Below, piece by piece: positions 28,279 to 37,019 of a stretch of DNA of 64,000 nucleotides. A model generated the notes under the pieces. That model was not told where the DNA came from and did not search any database. It saw only the letters and a program-made list of their open reading frames with translations. Position numbers and translations under genes: made by a program. The DNA lies in NCBI GenBank assembly GCA_938038445.1, contig CALHRZ010000003.1, positions 86,788 to 150,787 on the forward strand. Reading direction: 5' to 3'. The first letter of the stretch is position 1, and each line of letters starts with the position of its first letter. The DNA comes from an uncultured bacterium. Its GTDB lineage: Bacteria; Verrucomicrobiota; Kiritimatiellia; CAIKKV01.

Positions 28279-29211
28279 TTACCGTCCGGCAAAGAGTTGG
28301 ACGAAGAAGGGGCCGAGGAGGACGAGGAAGACGGCCGGAAAGATGAACGCCACGAGGGGGAACAGCATTTTAACGGGGGCTTCATTGGCGCGTTTTTCCG
28401 CCCGCTGAAAGCGGCGGGTGCGCATTTGTTCGGCCTGGATGCGGAGCATGGCGCCGATGGAGACGCCGAGTTCGTCGGCTTGTACGAGGGCGCTGACCAC
28501 GGCGGTCATATCGTCCTGGTTTACTCGTTCTGCCATATCTCGGAGTGCCTCTTTGCGAGTTTTTCCGAGCAGAACTTCACGGAACACGCGGATCAGTTCT
28601 TCTGAAAGAGGATCGAGGGGGCGTTTTTCGATGATCCGTTGGATGGCGTTCATGAAGTCCAGTCCTGCCTCCACGGAAAGCGTGAGCAGATCGAGGACAA
28701 ACGGGAGCGCGCGTTCGATGCGGCGCTGCCGTTCCCTGACGGCCTGCGTCAGCCAGGCGCCGGGGGACCAGGCGAGGAGGAAGAGCAAGAGGAGGAAAAG
28801 GGTGATTTCGCGGTTGCGGAAGAAGGGGCCGGCAGGGGGGGGGAGGACTTGGAAGGCGATTTTCATCAACAGAATGAGGAGAATCCCAGCCATCGAGGGG
28901 ACGAGAACGCGGAGGGAGAGGAACTCGGCGGGGTCGAGCAATCCTTCATAGCCGGCGGTGGTGAGGAGCCGGCCGATTTTTTCCCGTGTGGGCTTCCATC
29001 GCGGGGTTTTGAAGAAGGGAGTCAGGTTGGGGGTGAGGGGGAGGAGGAGGCGGAAGAGGGGAGGCAACCGCCGTTCCTGGCGTCGTCCGTCGGCCAGTGT
29101 GACATAGGTGATTTGGGAACCGAACGTGAGGGCGTACCAGACGAAAGCGCCGGCGGCCAGTCCCCAGAGGGTGGCGATGAGAAGGTGCACGATGGAAAAG
29201 TCGGGGGTCAT
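28279..29211 (-). CDS. tadC: Tad pilus inner-membrane protein TadC (T2SS F family)
   Basis: LPFVLDLLTLSVEAGLDF, QADELG, AEKRANEAPVKMLFPL. Confidence 0.9.
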   Translation of the reverse strand: MTPDFSIVHLLIATLWGLAAGAFVWYALTFGSQITYVTLADGRRQERRLPPLFRLLLPLTPNLTPFFKTPRWKPTREKIGRLLTTAGYEGLLDPAEFLSLRVLVPSMAGILLILLMKIAFQVLPPPAGPFFRNREITLFLLLLFLLAWSPGAWLTQAVRERQRRIERALPFVLDLLTLSVEAGLDFMNAIQRIIEKRPLDPLSEELIRVFREVLLGKTRKEALRDMAERVNQDDMTAVVSALVQADELGVSIGAMLRIQAEQMRTRRFQRAEKRANEAPVKMLFPLVAFIFPAVFLVLLGPFFVQLFAGR

Positions 29212-30107
29212 ATTTCGATTCGGATGATGCGGCGAATGAACCAGGCACCGGCCAGTTCGAGCAAGGCGACGAGAACGAGCGTGATGATTCCGGCGAGTGA
29301 GGTGACGAAGTTTCGGATCAAGACGGGATCCAGGAGGCTAAGGACGACGAGCAGGGCAAGCGGCATGGCGCCCACGACCCAACCCTGGAGGCGGCCCATC
29401 GCCGTGAGCGAACGGATTTTCCCTTCGAGTCGGGCCCGTTCGCGGATCGTCGCTGCGATTTTGTCGAAGACTTCCGTCAGATTACCGCCGGTGCGGCGGG
29501 CGATTTCGATGGCGCTGATCATGAGGGAGAGGTCTTCGCTGGGCACCCGTTCGTTGAGCTGGGCGAGTGCTTCTTCAAAGCGGACGCCCACGCGGAGTTG
29601 TTGAAGGAAAACTCCGAATTCCTGGGCGATAGGATTACGCCCTTGTTTGACCACGGTTTCGACTGCCTGCACGATGCTGAATCCGGCCTTGAGCGCATTG
29701 CTCATCGAGGCGAGCGCATCCACGAGCTGGTCATTGAAGCGGGCCAGTCTTCGTTCTTTGAGGAGGCGCAGAATCGTGCGAGGGGCTTGGAGGGCCAGAA
29801 GGGCTGCGATCAGTCCGACACCTGCGCCGAACAGGATGCCGCTGAGGCTTGTCCAGTCGCCGGCCAGGAGGAAAACCACGATGAAGGCGATGAGGGCCGA
29901 GAGGCGGGCGATATCCAGGATGCGGCGAGGGGGGATGAAGAGGAACATATCGGAAAGGTGGCGGGCGGTATCAGCTTCGTAGGCCGACTGGTAGGCGCGG
30001 GCGCCTTCCTGAAGGGTGTTGAGAAGGGTCCAGGCGAGGCCTCCGATGCAGAGGCCGAAGAGGGCTGCGATCAGCAGCGGTGAGATCGAGGGGTTCAGGA
30101 GGTCCAT
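29208..30107 (-). CDS. tadB: Tad pilus inner-membrane protein TadB
   Basis: FNDQLVDAL..ALKAGFS, RTGGNLTEV, IRER..LTAMGR. Confidence 0.9.
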   Translation of the reverse strand: MDLLNPSISPLLIAALFGLCIGGLAWTLLNTLQEGARAYQSAYEADTARHLSDMFLFIPPRRILDIARLSALIAFIVVFLLAGDWTSLSGILFGAGVGLIAALLALQAPRTILRLLKERRLARFNDQLVDALASMSNALKAGFSIVQAVETVVKQGRNPIAQEFGVFLQQLRVGVRFEEALAQLNERVPSEDLSLMISAIEIARRTGGNLTEVFDKIAATIRERARLEGKIRSLTAMGRLQGWVVGAMPLALLVVLSLLDPVLIRNFVTSLAGIITLVLVALLELAGAWFIRRIIRIEI

Positions 30108-31795
30108 GATTGCGGGTCGAAGATGCGGCGGTCAAGAGAGACCCCTTTGACGGCGGAGAGGTCGGCGAAGGATGGGACGGCGCCGGTAGGTCGGAATCGG
30201 CCTTCCACCCGTCCGTTTTCGGAGATGCCGGTCTGTTCGAAGAGGAAGAGGTCTTGCATGGTCATTTGGTCGCCTTCCAGGCCGCAGATTTCCGTGATGG
30301 AGGAGACCTTGCGGGTTCCGTCGGCATAGCGGGCCGTGTGGACGATGAGGTGGATGGCGGAGGCGATTTGTTCGATGATGGCGCGCAGCGGGAGGTCCAT
30401 ACCGGCCATCAGAACCATGGTTTCGAGGCGGGAGATGACATCCCGGGGGGAATTGGCATGGACTGTTGTGAGGGAGCCGTCGTGGCCGGTGTTCATGGCT
30501 TGGAGCATATCGAGGGCTTCTCCGCCGCGGCATTCGCCGACCACGATGCGGTCCGGCCGCATGCGGAGCGCATTGCGGACGAGGTCGCGGATGGTGACGG
30601 CGCCGCGGCCTTCGATGTTGGGGGGGCGGGCTTCGAGGCGGATGACGTGGCGTTGCATCAAGCGAAGCTCGGCCGCATCTTCGATTGTGATGATGCGTTC
30701 ATCGGCCGGCAGAAAAGAGCTAAGAACGTTCAAGAAAGTCGTTTTACCGGAGCCGGTTCCCCCGGAGACCACGATATTTTTGCGGAAGTGGACGCAGGCG
30801 CGAAGGAAATCGGCCATGGGGGGGGCGAGGGTTCCGAAGCGGATGAGGTCGTCGATCGTATAAGGAGTTTTTGAAAATTTGCGGATTGTGAGGCAGGGGC
30901 CAGAAAGGGAGAGGGGGGGGATGATGGCATTGACGCGGGACCCATCGGGGAGGCGGGCGTCCACGAAGGGTTGGCTTTCGTCAATCCGACGGCCGATGGG
31001 GGAGACGATTCGCTCGATGATGGCGAGGACCGAGTCGTCGTTGAGAAAGGTTTTGCCGGTCAGGAAGAGTTTGCCGTTTCGTTCGACGTAAACCGAGTCG
31101 GAGCCGTTGACCATGATTTCGGTGACTTCCGGATCGGCCAGAAGGTCTTCGAGAGGGCCGAGTCCCACCGCTTCGTCATAGAGTTCCCGGGCGAGGCGGT
31201 CGGGGTCGAGGCCGGCCGGAAGACGGTGGCGGACGTCGTGGACGATCTGTTGGATCGTGGTTCGGGCGCGTTCTCGCAGATCGCGTTCGCCGATTTGGCG
31301 GGCGGAAAGGCGTTTGAGGTCGAGACGGGCGAGCAGTTCCGCATGGAGCTGTTTGCGGATATCTCGGCCGGCACGTTCCAGGGGGGAAGGATCGGGGAGT
31401 TGAGTCGCGACGGGGGCGGGAGAGGGTTGGGTCGCGGCGGGTTCCGGTGGGGAAGGCGGTACGCTGGGAGATGAAGGGGGAAGGGGATAGTTGGGGGAGG
31501 GCGTTCCTTCGACCGTGAGGGTGAGGGGGCCGATGCTCAAGGTCTGACCGGGTTGGAGGACGAGACGGCCGTCCACGCGTTTTCCGTCGAGCGTGGTTAT
31601 GCCGGCGGGGAGGGCTTCGATCCAGGCTTCGTTAGGGGTTATGCCGAGGACGGCATGGCGCCAGGCGACTCCATCGGCGTTGACGGCGATTGCATTATCC
31701 TCACCGGCGCCGATCGTGTAGATGCCGGGAGCGGGGCGAAATCGTTTTTCCGGCTTACCGGGAATCTGGAGTCGGATTTCCAGGTGGGGTGACAT
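30095..31795 (-). CDS. cpaF: Tad ATPase CpaF/TadA with an N-terminal FHA-like domain and Pro-rich linker
   Basis: EIMVNG, RRIDES.P.VDARL, GGTGSGKT, LRMRPDRIVVGE, MNTGHDGS. N-terminal 'TIGAGEDN..VAWRHA..LDGKRV'. Confidence 0.92.
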   Translation of the reverse strand: MSPHLEIRLQIPGKPEKRFRPAPGIYTIGAGEDNAIAVNADGVAWRHAVLGITPNEAWIEALPAGITTLDGKRVDGRLVLQPGQTLSIGPLTLTVEGTPSPNYPLPPSSPSVPPSPPEPAATQPSPAPVATQLPDPSPLERAGRDIRKQLHAELLARLDLKRLSARQIGERDLRERARTTIQQIVHDVRHRLPAGLDPDRLARELYDEAVGLGPLEDLLADPEVTEIMVNGSDSVYVERNGKLFLTGKTFLNDDSVLAIIERIVSPIGRRIDESQPFVDARLPDGSRVNAIIPPLSLSGPCLTIRKFSKTPYTIDDLIRFGTLAPPMADFLRACVHFRKNIVVSGGTGSGKTTFLNVLSSFLPADERIITIEDAAELRLMQRHVIRLEARPPNIEGRGAVTIRDLVRNALRMRPDRIVVGECRGGEALDMLQAMNTGHDGSLTTVHANSPRDVISRLETMVLMAGMDLPLRAIIEQIASAIHLIVHTARYADGTRKVSSITEICGLEGDQMTMQDLFLFEQTGISENGRVEGRFRPTGAVPSFADLSAVKGVSLDRRIFDPQSWTS

Positions 31796-31808
31796 GCAGC
31801 GGAGCCTC

Positions 31809-32618
31809 TCAGAGGTTGGATTTGCGATGGATTTGGCGTTGGCGGTAGAGGTTGAGGTCGGGCAACACGCTTTCGAGGCGTCGAAAATTAATTTCGGGAA
31901 GATCTTTCTCGAAGCTGACGTCTTCGGGGTTACGCAGGGAGAGGGTCAACTGGCCGAGACCGCGCATGTGCTGGATGAAGGTGAGCAGTTCGGCCTCACG
32001 GGGGGTGACGGCGAGCGTGACCATATTGTAACCGCCGGGTCGGAAGGGATCAGCGCCGGTAGGTTGATCGGAGCGGGCGAGGTACTGGCCGCAGGCGAGC
32101 ACGGTCACGTCTTGGAGAACCGTGAGCGTCACGGTTTCCATTTCGCCCGGGACTGTACGGGAGGGGAGGGAGAAGGTGCCGAGAATGTCCACCCGGTCGT
32201 TGGGTTGGACCAGTCCGCTGACGGCATCGGGTCCAGCCACGGCTACCGAGACGGCGCGCATTCCCATGCGGATCATCGGGGCGAGACCGGCCGGGCGGCG
32301 GGCGGCGGCTTCGACGTGGGACCAGAAGATCGGTTCATTTTTTCGGACGGGGTATCGGAGGCGTCGGTCGAGGATAAGGGGATATTCTTCGGGTTTAATG
32401 ACGTTTTCGCCGACGGCGGTCTTGATTTCCCATCGTTCGCCGAGATCCGAGAACTTCAAAAGGGTTTCGGCGGGCAGATCGCGGGCGGCGACGACGATGC
32501 GGACTTTTTCGATTCCGGCGTAGAGGCGCTCGCGTTCGGCGGCGAGGTAGCGGTGCATGAGGACGGCGGCGAGAATGCCGACGGCGATTGCAATCAACAG
32601 GATGGCTTTTTCTTTCAT
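31809..32618 (-). CDS. cpaB: Flp pilus assembly protein CpaB/RcpC
   Basis: N-terminal TM, VVAARDLP (SAF), GMRAVSV, VSGLVQPNDRVDI, VLQDVTVLA, VTLAVTP. Confidence 0.92.
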   Translation of the reverse strand: MKEKAILLIAIAVGILAAVLMHRYLAAERERLYAGIEKVRIVVAARDLPAETLLKFSDLGERWEIKTAVGENVIKPEEYPLILDRRLRYPVRKNEPIFWSHVEAAARRPAGLAPMIRMGMRAVSVAVAGPDAVSGLVQPNDRVDILGTFSLPSRTVPGEMETVTLTVLQDVTVLACGQYLARSDQPTGADPFRPGGYNMVTLAVTPREAELLTFIQHMRGLGQLTLSLRNPEDVSFEKDLPEINFRRLESVLPDLNLYRQRQIHRKSNL

Positions 32619-33358
32619 GGTGCGGCTCTCCAGGGGAGCGCGGATCGTTCGGTCGCGTTCCCCATGCGATGATGGAGTACAGTAAGGAGAACACGGCCTT
32701 CTTGGCCAGACAATTCAGCGGACAGCGTGCACAGGGCATCCTCCTTCAGGTAGAGCGCAAGCGGATGGCCGGCAGAGCCGGGGACGGCCGGTTGCCAACC
32801 GTTTTGAAGGAGGCCGCCTGCCATGAAGGCGCGGACTTGATCGGGAGGCAAGAAGGTTTCCCAGCCGATTGTGGTCGTTCGGCTTTTTGGATTGCGCACA
32901 TGGAACCGGAGAATCGCGCCGGGGGGTGCGGGGATGCCGTCGGGAATTGCGAGGTCCGACGAAGACACGGTCGGTGCGGCGTGGTCTCGGCGAAACGCAA
33001 AGATCAGGGTTTGCCGCCCACTTTCCATGGCCATCGCCAGAAGTTGAAGGAGGTGATCCGACGCGGCGAGGACGCCGAGTGCGGCGTCCGAACCGGGCAA
33101 CCAGAAAAGCGTTTGTCCCTCTGTACGGGCTTGACTTTCAATACGGGAGCAGGCGGCGGCGAGCGATTCGGGAGCGTTCCAAATTTCGAGCGTGATGGGC
33201 TTGCCGTTGACAACCAGCGGGGTTCGATAGGCGCATTGCCAGTGGCCAAACCGATCCCAAGCCGTCGTGGGTCGGGGCTGCGTTTCAAACACCCGGGCGA
33301 GCAGTATGGCCGGGAAGATCGCGAAAGGCGTTCCAATCCAGCGAAGCCATCCCTTCAT
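32615..33358 (-). CDS. Hypothetical membrane-anchored/exported protein in the Tad operon
   Basis: Overlaps both neighbours by 4 bp (ATGA) and has a hydrophobic N-terminus. No family recognised. Confidence 0.6.
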   Translation of the reverse strand: MKGWLRWIGTPFAIFPAILLARVFETQPRPTTAWDRFGHWQCAYRTPLVVNGKPITLEIWNAPESLAAACSRIESQARTEGQTLFWLPGSDAALGVLAASDHLLQLLAMAMESGRQTLIFAFRRDHAAPTVSSSDLAIPDGIPAPPGAILRFHVRNPKSRTTTIGWETFLPPDQVRAFMAGGLLQNGWQPAVPGSAGHPLALYLKEDALCTLSAELSGQEGRVLLTVLHHRMGNATERSALPWRAAP

Positions 33359-33897
33359 TCGAGCCCCTTTGTCCAGATCAGATAGACGTCGGATTGCAGT
33401 TCCAGGGTATCGCGGCCGAAAAAGAGGCGCCGGGCAATGGGCAGAAGGGGCAGGACCGATCGGCTTGAGGAGCCGCGGACAAACCCCATGCCCGGCACGA
33501 CGGCGGCGGGATCGGTTAGGGGCGAAAAAAGATTTTGGGGGGCGAGGAGGGTGAGGCGGTCTGGGTCGGCCCGGGCGATGATGCCCTCGGAAATCAGGGC
33601 GGGATTCGCAAAACGGGGAACGTCGTCGGCCGTGTAGGGGGAACGGTCGGCTCCATCCGACCAATCTTGGATGAATCGGGGGCCGGGCGATAGGGGGACG
33701 AAATAGACGTCGGAGAGGGCGGAGGCTCCGGCCCGTGCGCGGGCGTCGAGAATGTTGCGGAGGTCGCGGCGGGCGATCGCGCCGAATTGGACGAGGGCGG
33801 CGATGAGGATGAGGAGGCAGACGAGGCCGACGGTAAACTCCACGAGGGCCTGGCCCCTCGTGCGAGGTGGGCGAAATGGATTGTTGTGTTGCCGCAT
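33355..33897 (-). CDS. TadE/F-like pseudopilin
   Basis: RGQALVEF followed by a hydrophobic helix. Start trimmed to ATG 33897. Confidence 0.8.
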   Translation of the reverse strand: MRQHNNPFRPPRTRGQALVEFTVGLVCLLILIAALVQFGAIARRDLRNILDARARAGASALSDVYFVPLSPGPRFIQDWSDGADRSPYTADDVPRFANPALISEGIIARADPDRLTLLAPQNLFSPLTDPAAVVPGMGFVRGSSSRSVLPLLPIARRLFFGRDTLELQSDVYLIWTKGLE

Positions 33898-33899
33898 GG

Positions 33900-35348
33900 T
33901 TAATGGCCTCTTCGCGTCCCGCCGCTGCTTCCTCCGCTTCCTCCGCCGCCTTCGGGCAGTCGGCAAAGGTGATGAAATTGGCGGAGCCAGTCGAGTCCTT
34001 CTTGGCGGAAGGACGCATTTTCCCATCTGTGCAACTGATCGCAGTACCAGCACCCCGGCGCGAGGGCTGACGGGCCGGCCTGGAGGTAGGGTTGGAGGTG
34101 GAGTCGGATATGGATACCCCAGCCCGGGCGACTGCCTCCGGCGGGGGCGGAGGAGGTATCCACAGGGATGAGGCGCACATCGTGGAAGGCGGGGATGACG
34201 AGGCCGAAGCGATGGGGCGGTGTTTGCTGATCGTGGAGGGAGCCGAAGGGTTTGGCGGCGGCCGTCCAACCCACGGTGGTTCCGCTTGCTCCAGGGGATA
34301 CGCGGCGCAGGGTGGCTTCGATGCGAACGGCCGCATCGGCTCCTGCGTAATTGAAGGCGTTCCGGACGGGTTCGATGAAGGGAAAACGTTCGGGGATTCG
34401 GTCGGTCCAGGGAAACCAGTCGGCGTCGCGGTAACAGAACCACCGGGTTTCCACCCAAACGATTTCGGGAGGAACGGTTTGATGGGTCAGAGCGGACAGT
34501 TCCGCTGCCCATGCTTGGGCGTGAGTGGCGGGGTTATCCGGTGAGGCTGGGGTGGGGAGAGCAAGAAGGCGCGGAACGGTTCGGAGGCCGAGGCCAAAAT
34601 ATTCGGAATTGATCGGTTCGGGGTCGTGGAAGAAGGGCAGGGGGGGCCAATCGTGCCAGGAACGATAGGTTTGGAGCAAGGACATGGCGTTGAAATAAAA
34701 CCAGCACCAGTCGCGGGAAGCGATCGCGTCGTAGAACGCGGGATTAAGAAGGTAGTGGTCGGAACTGGAGACATCGGCATAGAGGCGGCGGTTTTCGGGA
34801 TCGGCCGCAATGCCGAGGCGGCCGATGATTTCGAGCATATCGGCATATTCTTCCCAAGCGCCGGGTGTGCCGGGCGGGTTTTGGTAGGGGGGGGTGTACC
34901 GGATGGGGTATTCCCGTCGGACGAGGGTAGCGTGTTGGAGGAGGGAACGTGTGAAATCGGGCTGAACGTGGATCCCGTTGTTTTTGGCCGCCAATTGAGC
35001 GGCCGCGAGGCCGGCAAGCGGTCCGGCGAAGCAGAGGCGGCCCTGGAGGTCGGAAGCAGCGGCGGCGACGGGGCTATTGGAGAGGCCGTGGTTCAGAGCG
35101 TCGGCTAATGCGGCGGCTTGGACGATGTTCAATTCGCCGATGAGGTTGAGGGTGATGGCCTGCCATCGCGCGGCGGCGAGGGCGGCCGCATCCCCTCCAT
35201 TTCGCGCGAGATGTTTGATGCGAAGAATCTTATGGAGATCGAAATTCCATAATCCCACGACGGTAAGGATGACGAGGACAACCGCGAGCAGGATCAGGAC
35301 TTGGCCGCGTTTCGAACGCGAGCGTGGGATGGCGTTAGGGGAGGGCAT
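33900..35348 (-). CDS. TadG-like large minor pilin / putative tip adhesin
   Basis: RGQVLILL.., DAAALAAA motif. Start trimmed to ATG 35348. Confidence 0.78.
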   Translation of the reverse strand: MPSPNAIPRSRSKRGQVLILLAVVLVILTVVGLWNFDLHKILRIKHLARNGGDAAALAAARWQAITLNLIGELNIVQAAALADALNHGLSNSPVAAAASDLQGRLCFAGPLAGLAAAQLAAKNNGIHVQPDFTRSLLQHATLVRREYPIRYTPPYQNPPGTPGAWEEYADMLEIIGRLGIAADPENRRLYADVSSSDHYLLNPAFYDAIASRDWCWFYFNAMSLLQTYRSWHDWPPLPFFHDPEPINSEYFGLGLRTVPRLLALPTPASPDNPATHAQAWAAELSALTHQTVPPEIVWVETRWFCYRDADWFPWTDRIPERFPFIEPVRNAFNYAGADAAVRIEATLRRVSPGASGTTVGWTAAAKPFGSLHDQQTPPHRFGLVIPAFHDVRLIPVDTSSAPAGGSRPGWGIHIRLHLQPYLQAGPSALAPGCWYCDQLHRWENASFRQEGLDWLRQFHHLCRLPEGGGGSGGSSGGTRRGH

Positions 35349-35931
35349 AGCCGAGATAAAGCGGATAATGGTTTTCGAGATCGGACCGCCCGTCGAGTTC
35401 AATGAAGCGGTCTCCGGTGATGAGGCGATGAAGAGGCATGAGGATTTCAAGGGTTTGATCGGTACGGACCGTGACTGTAGGTGACCGAAGATCAAGCACC
35501 GTGTGGCGGATTGTCGCCCATCGGGCGTAATCGAGAATGGGGGAGAGGCGGCCGTAGCTTTCGGCGCCAAGGTAAAGCGGGATGCGAGAAGCCTCCACGG
35601 GCAGCTGGGGGGAGCGGGGCTGGGCGCGAAGGGCGAGCGTCCAGGCGTTGCCGGGGCGTTGGGACTGAAGGATGGGTGCGATGGGGGTTGGGGCGACCTG
35701 GGGGTTGAGGAGGGGGCCGGCGTTGGGGATGGAGGCGACTCGCACGACTTTATGGACCATGAAACTGTTGAATCCTACGGCGCGGGCTCTGGCACCACAG
35801 GAGGCGGCGTATTCAAGAATCTCTTTTGAAGCTGTGAGGCGGGAAAGTTCGAGGAGACCGAAAAAGATGAGGCAGAGAAAGACCAACACGATACATGTTT
35901 CTACCAGGGACTGGCCGGCTTTGCGTTTCAT
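35335..35931 (-). CDS. TadE-like pseudopilin
   Basis: AGQSLVET, hydrophobic helix, YAASCGARA. Confidence 0.82.
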   Translation of the reverse strand: MKRKAGQSLVETCIVLVFLCLIFFGLLELSRLTASKEILEYAASCGARARAVGFNSFMVHKVVRVASIPNAGPLLNPQVAPTPIAPILQSQRPGNAWTLALRAQPRSPQLPVEASRIPLYLGAESYGRLSPILDYARWATIRHTVLDLRSPTVTVRTDQTLEILMPLHRLITGDRFIELDGRSDLENHYPLYLGYALP

Positions 35932-35951
35932 AAACCCGTCCCTTTCGCGGT

Positions 35952-35990
35952 AAAAGAAAAGCCGCGATGCGTGGCGGAAAGCCGCCGCGG
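35952..35990 (-). terminator. Probable terminator/attenuator downstream of the Flp pilin genes
   Basis: GC-rich branched hairpin CCGCG...CGCGG followed by CTTTTCTTT. Confidence 0.5.
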
Positions 35991-36007
35991 TAAACTCCGG
36001 GGCAAAC

Positions 36008-36214
36008 TCAATTGCCCATATCTTTGAGGTACTGCTGGGAGTCTACCTGCTGACCCGGCTGGCCGCCGAGTTCTTCGGTCGCGCCTCGGAAGAGGCCCTG
36101 AATGCGGTTTCCGAGGGCGGCGACCACGACGATGGCGGCCAAGGCGATCACGACCAGGATGATGATATATTCCGTCATGGTCTGACCGCGTTTGCGTGTG
36201 GCAGGAGAGTGCAT
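36008..36214 (-). CDS. flp: Flp family type IVb pilin
   Basis: RG/QTMTEY followed by a hydrophobic helix; 68 aa; AAGGAG RBS. Confidence 0.92.
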   Translation of the reverse strand: MHSPATRKRGQTMTEYIIILVVIALAAIVVVAALGNRIQGLFRGATEELGGQPGQQVDSQQYLKDMGN

Positions 36215-36275
36215 GGCGCTCCTTGGTTCTTACGGATTCATTATAACAAACCGATGCTTGGTCTTCAATATTGTT

Positions 36276-36434
36276 TTAGGGGTATTCGGAAGCGACCAGT
36301 TCGAGGACTCTTCCACTCCATTCTTTGAAGACGTAAAAGAAGATAGCGGCCATGGTGATCACGGCAATCAGCGTGGCGAGGGCGATCGCGTACTCGACCA
36401 GAGTTTGCCCGATGCGGTGCTGTCGTTTTGCCAT
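36276..36434 (-). CDS. Second Flp-like pilin (52 aa, not in the ORF track)
   Basis: Hand translation MAKRQHRIGQTLVEYAIALATLIAVITMAAIFFYVFKEWSGRVLELVASEYP*, with a G/QxxxEY motif. Confidence 0.85.
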   Translation of the reverse strand: MAKRQHRIGQTLVEYAIALATLIAVITMAAIFFYVFKEWSGRVLELVASEYP

Positions 36435-36441
36435 AAGCAAT

Positions 36442-36471
36442 ATTATACAGCATTCAGCGGAAACTCATCAA
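36442..36471 (-). promoter_or_regulatory. Sigma70 promoter of the Tad operon
   Basis: TTGATG-18 bp-TATAAT, ending 7 nt before the ATG at 36434. Confidence 0.6.
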
Positions 36472-36548
36472 CTTTTCAGGGGCTGGAGGTATTTTTTTGA
36501 GGGAATGATATGCGGATTTCTACAGGCGAATACGCAAGGCATTCGGCT

Positions 36549-36736
36549 GTAGTTGCGCCACTGGCTTTTCTGTAGTTCCGCCACTCTGTGGCGGAAAGGG
36601 AATAAGGCTTGCGGCACGAGGATACGGCTTCCGGCAGGGGAGTGCCGGAACTACGGGGAATGAGATAAGGCTTCCGGCACGGGAGTGCCGGAACTACAGG
36701 GAATGAGATAAGGCTTCTGGCACAGAGTGGCGGAAC
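36549..36736. repeat. Cluster of GTAG-type REP-like palindromes (inverted copies plus 43-bp tandem units)
   Basis: GTAGTTCCGCCACTCTGTGGCGGAA at 36572; TTCCGGCA(G/C)GGGAGTGCCGGAACTAC at 36629 and 36672; GGAATGAGATAAGGCTT at 36657 and 36700. Confidence 0.88.
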
Positions 36737-37019
36737 GGCAGGCGGGATGGAATGTTGAAGTCTTGCCCGAGGGGGAAGCTATCGGAGAATGAGCAAAGCG
36801 CCATGGGCGGTTGGGTATCCGGCATGGGGAGCGAAGAGGATGGGGGGTGGAACGATGACGGGATGGGATTTTGAACGTTGTGGGGAGATGGCGATCACTC
36901 ATGCTCTGGAATCCCGGCGGTGAGCGCATTCTTTGAGGGGAGACCCAGAACTGACCCAGAGGGAAAGTATTGTTTAAAGCAAGCGGTTTTTCCTATACTT
37001 GGCTCATTTAGGAGCTGAC

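Noticed and set aside
32615-35570. Long overlapping ORFs of 573, 385 and 556 aa in the ORF track
   Set aside because: These are N-terminal over-extensions in GC-rich DNA. Pilin motifs and coupled starts support starts at 33358, 33897 and 35348.
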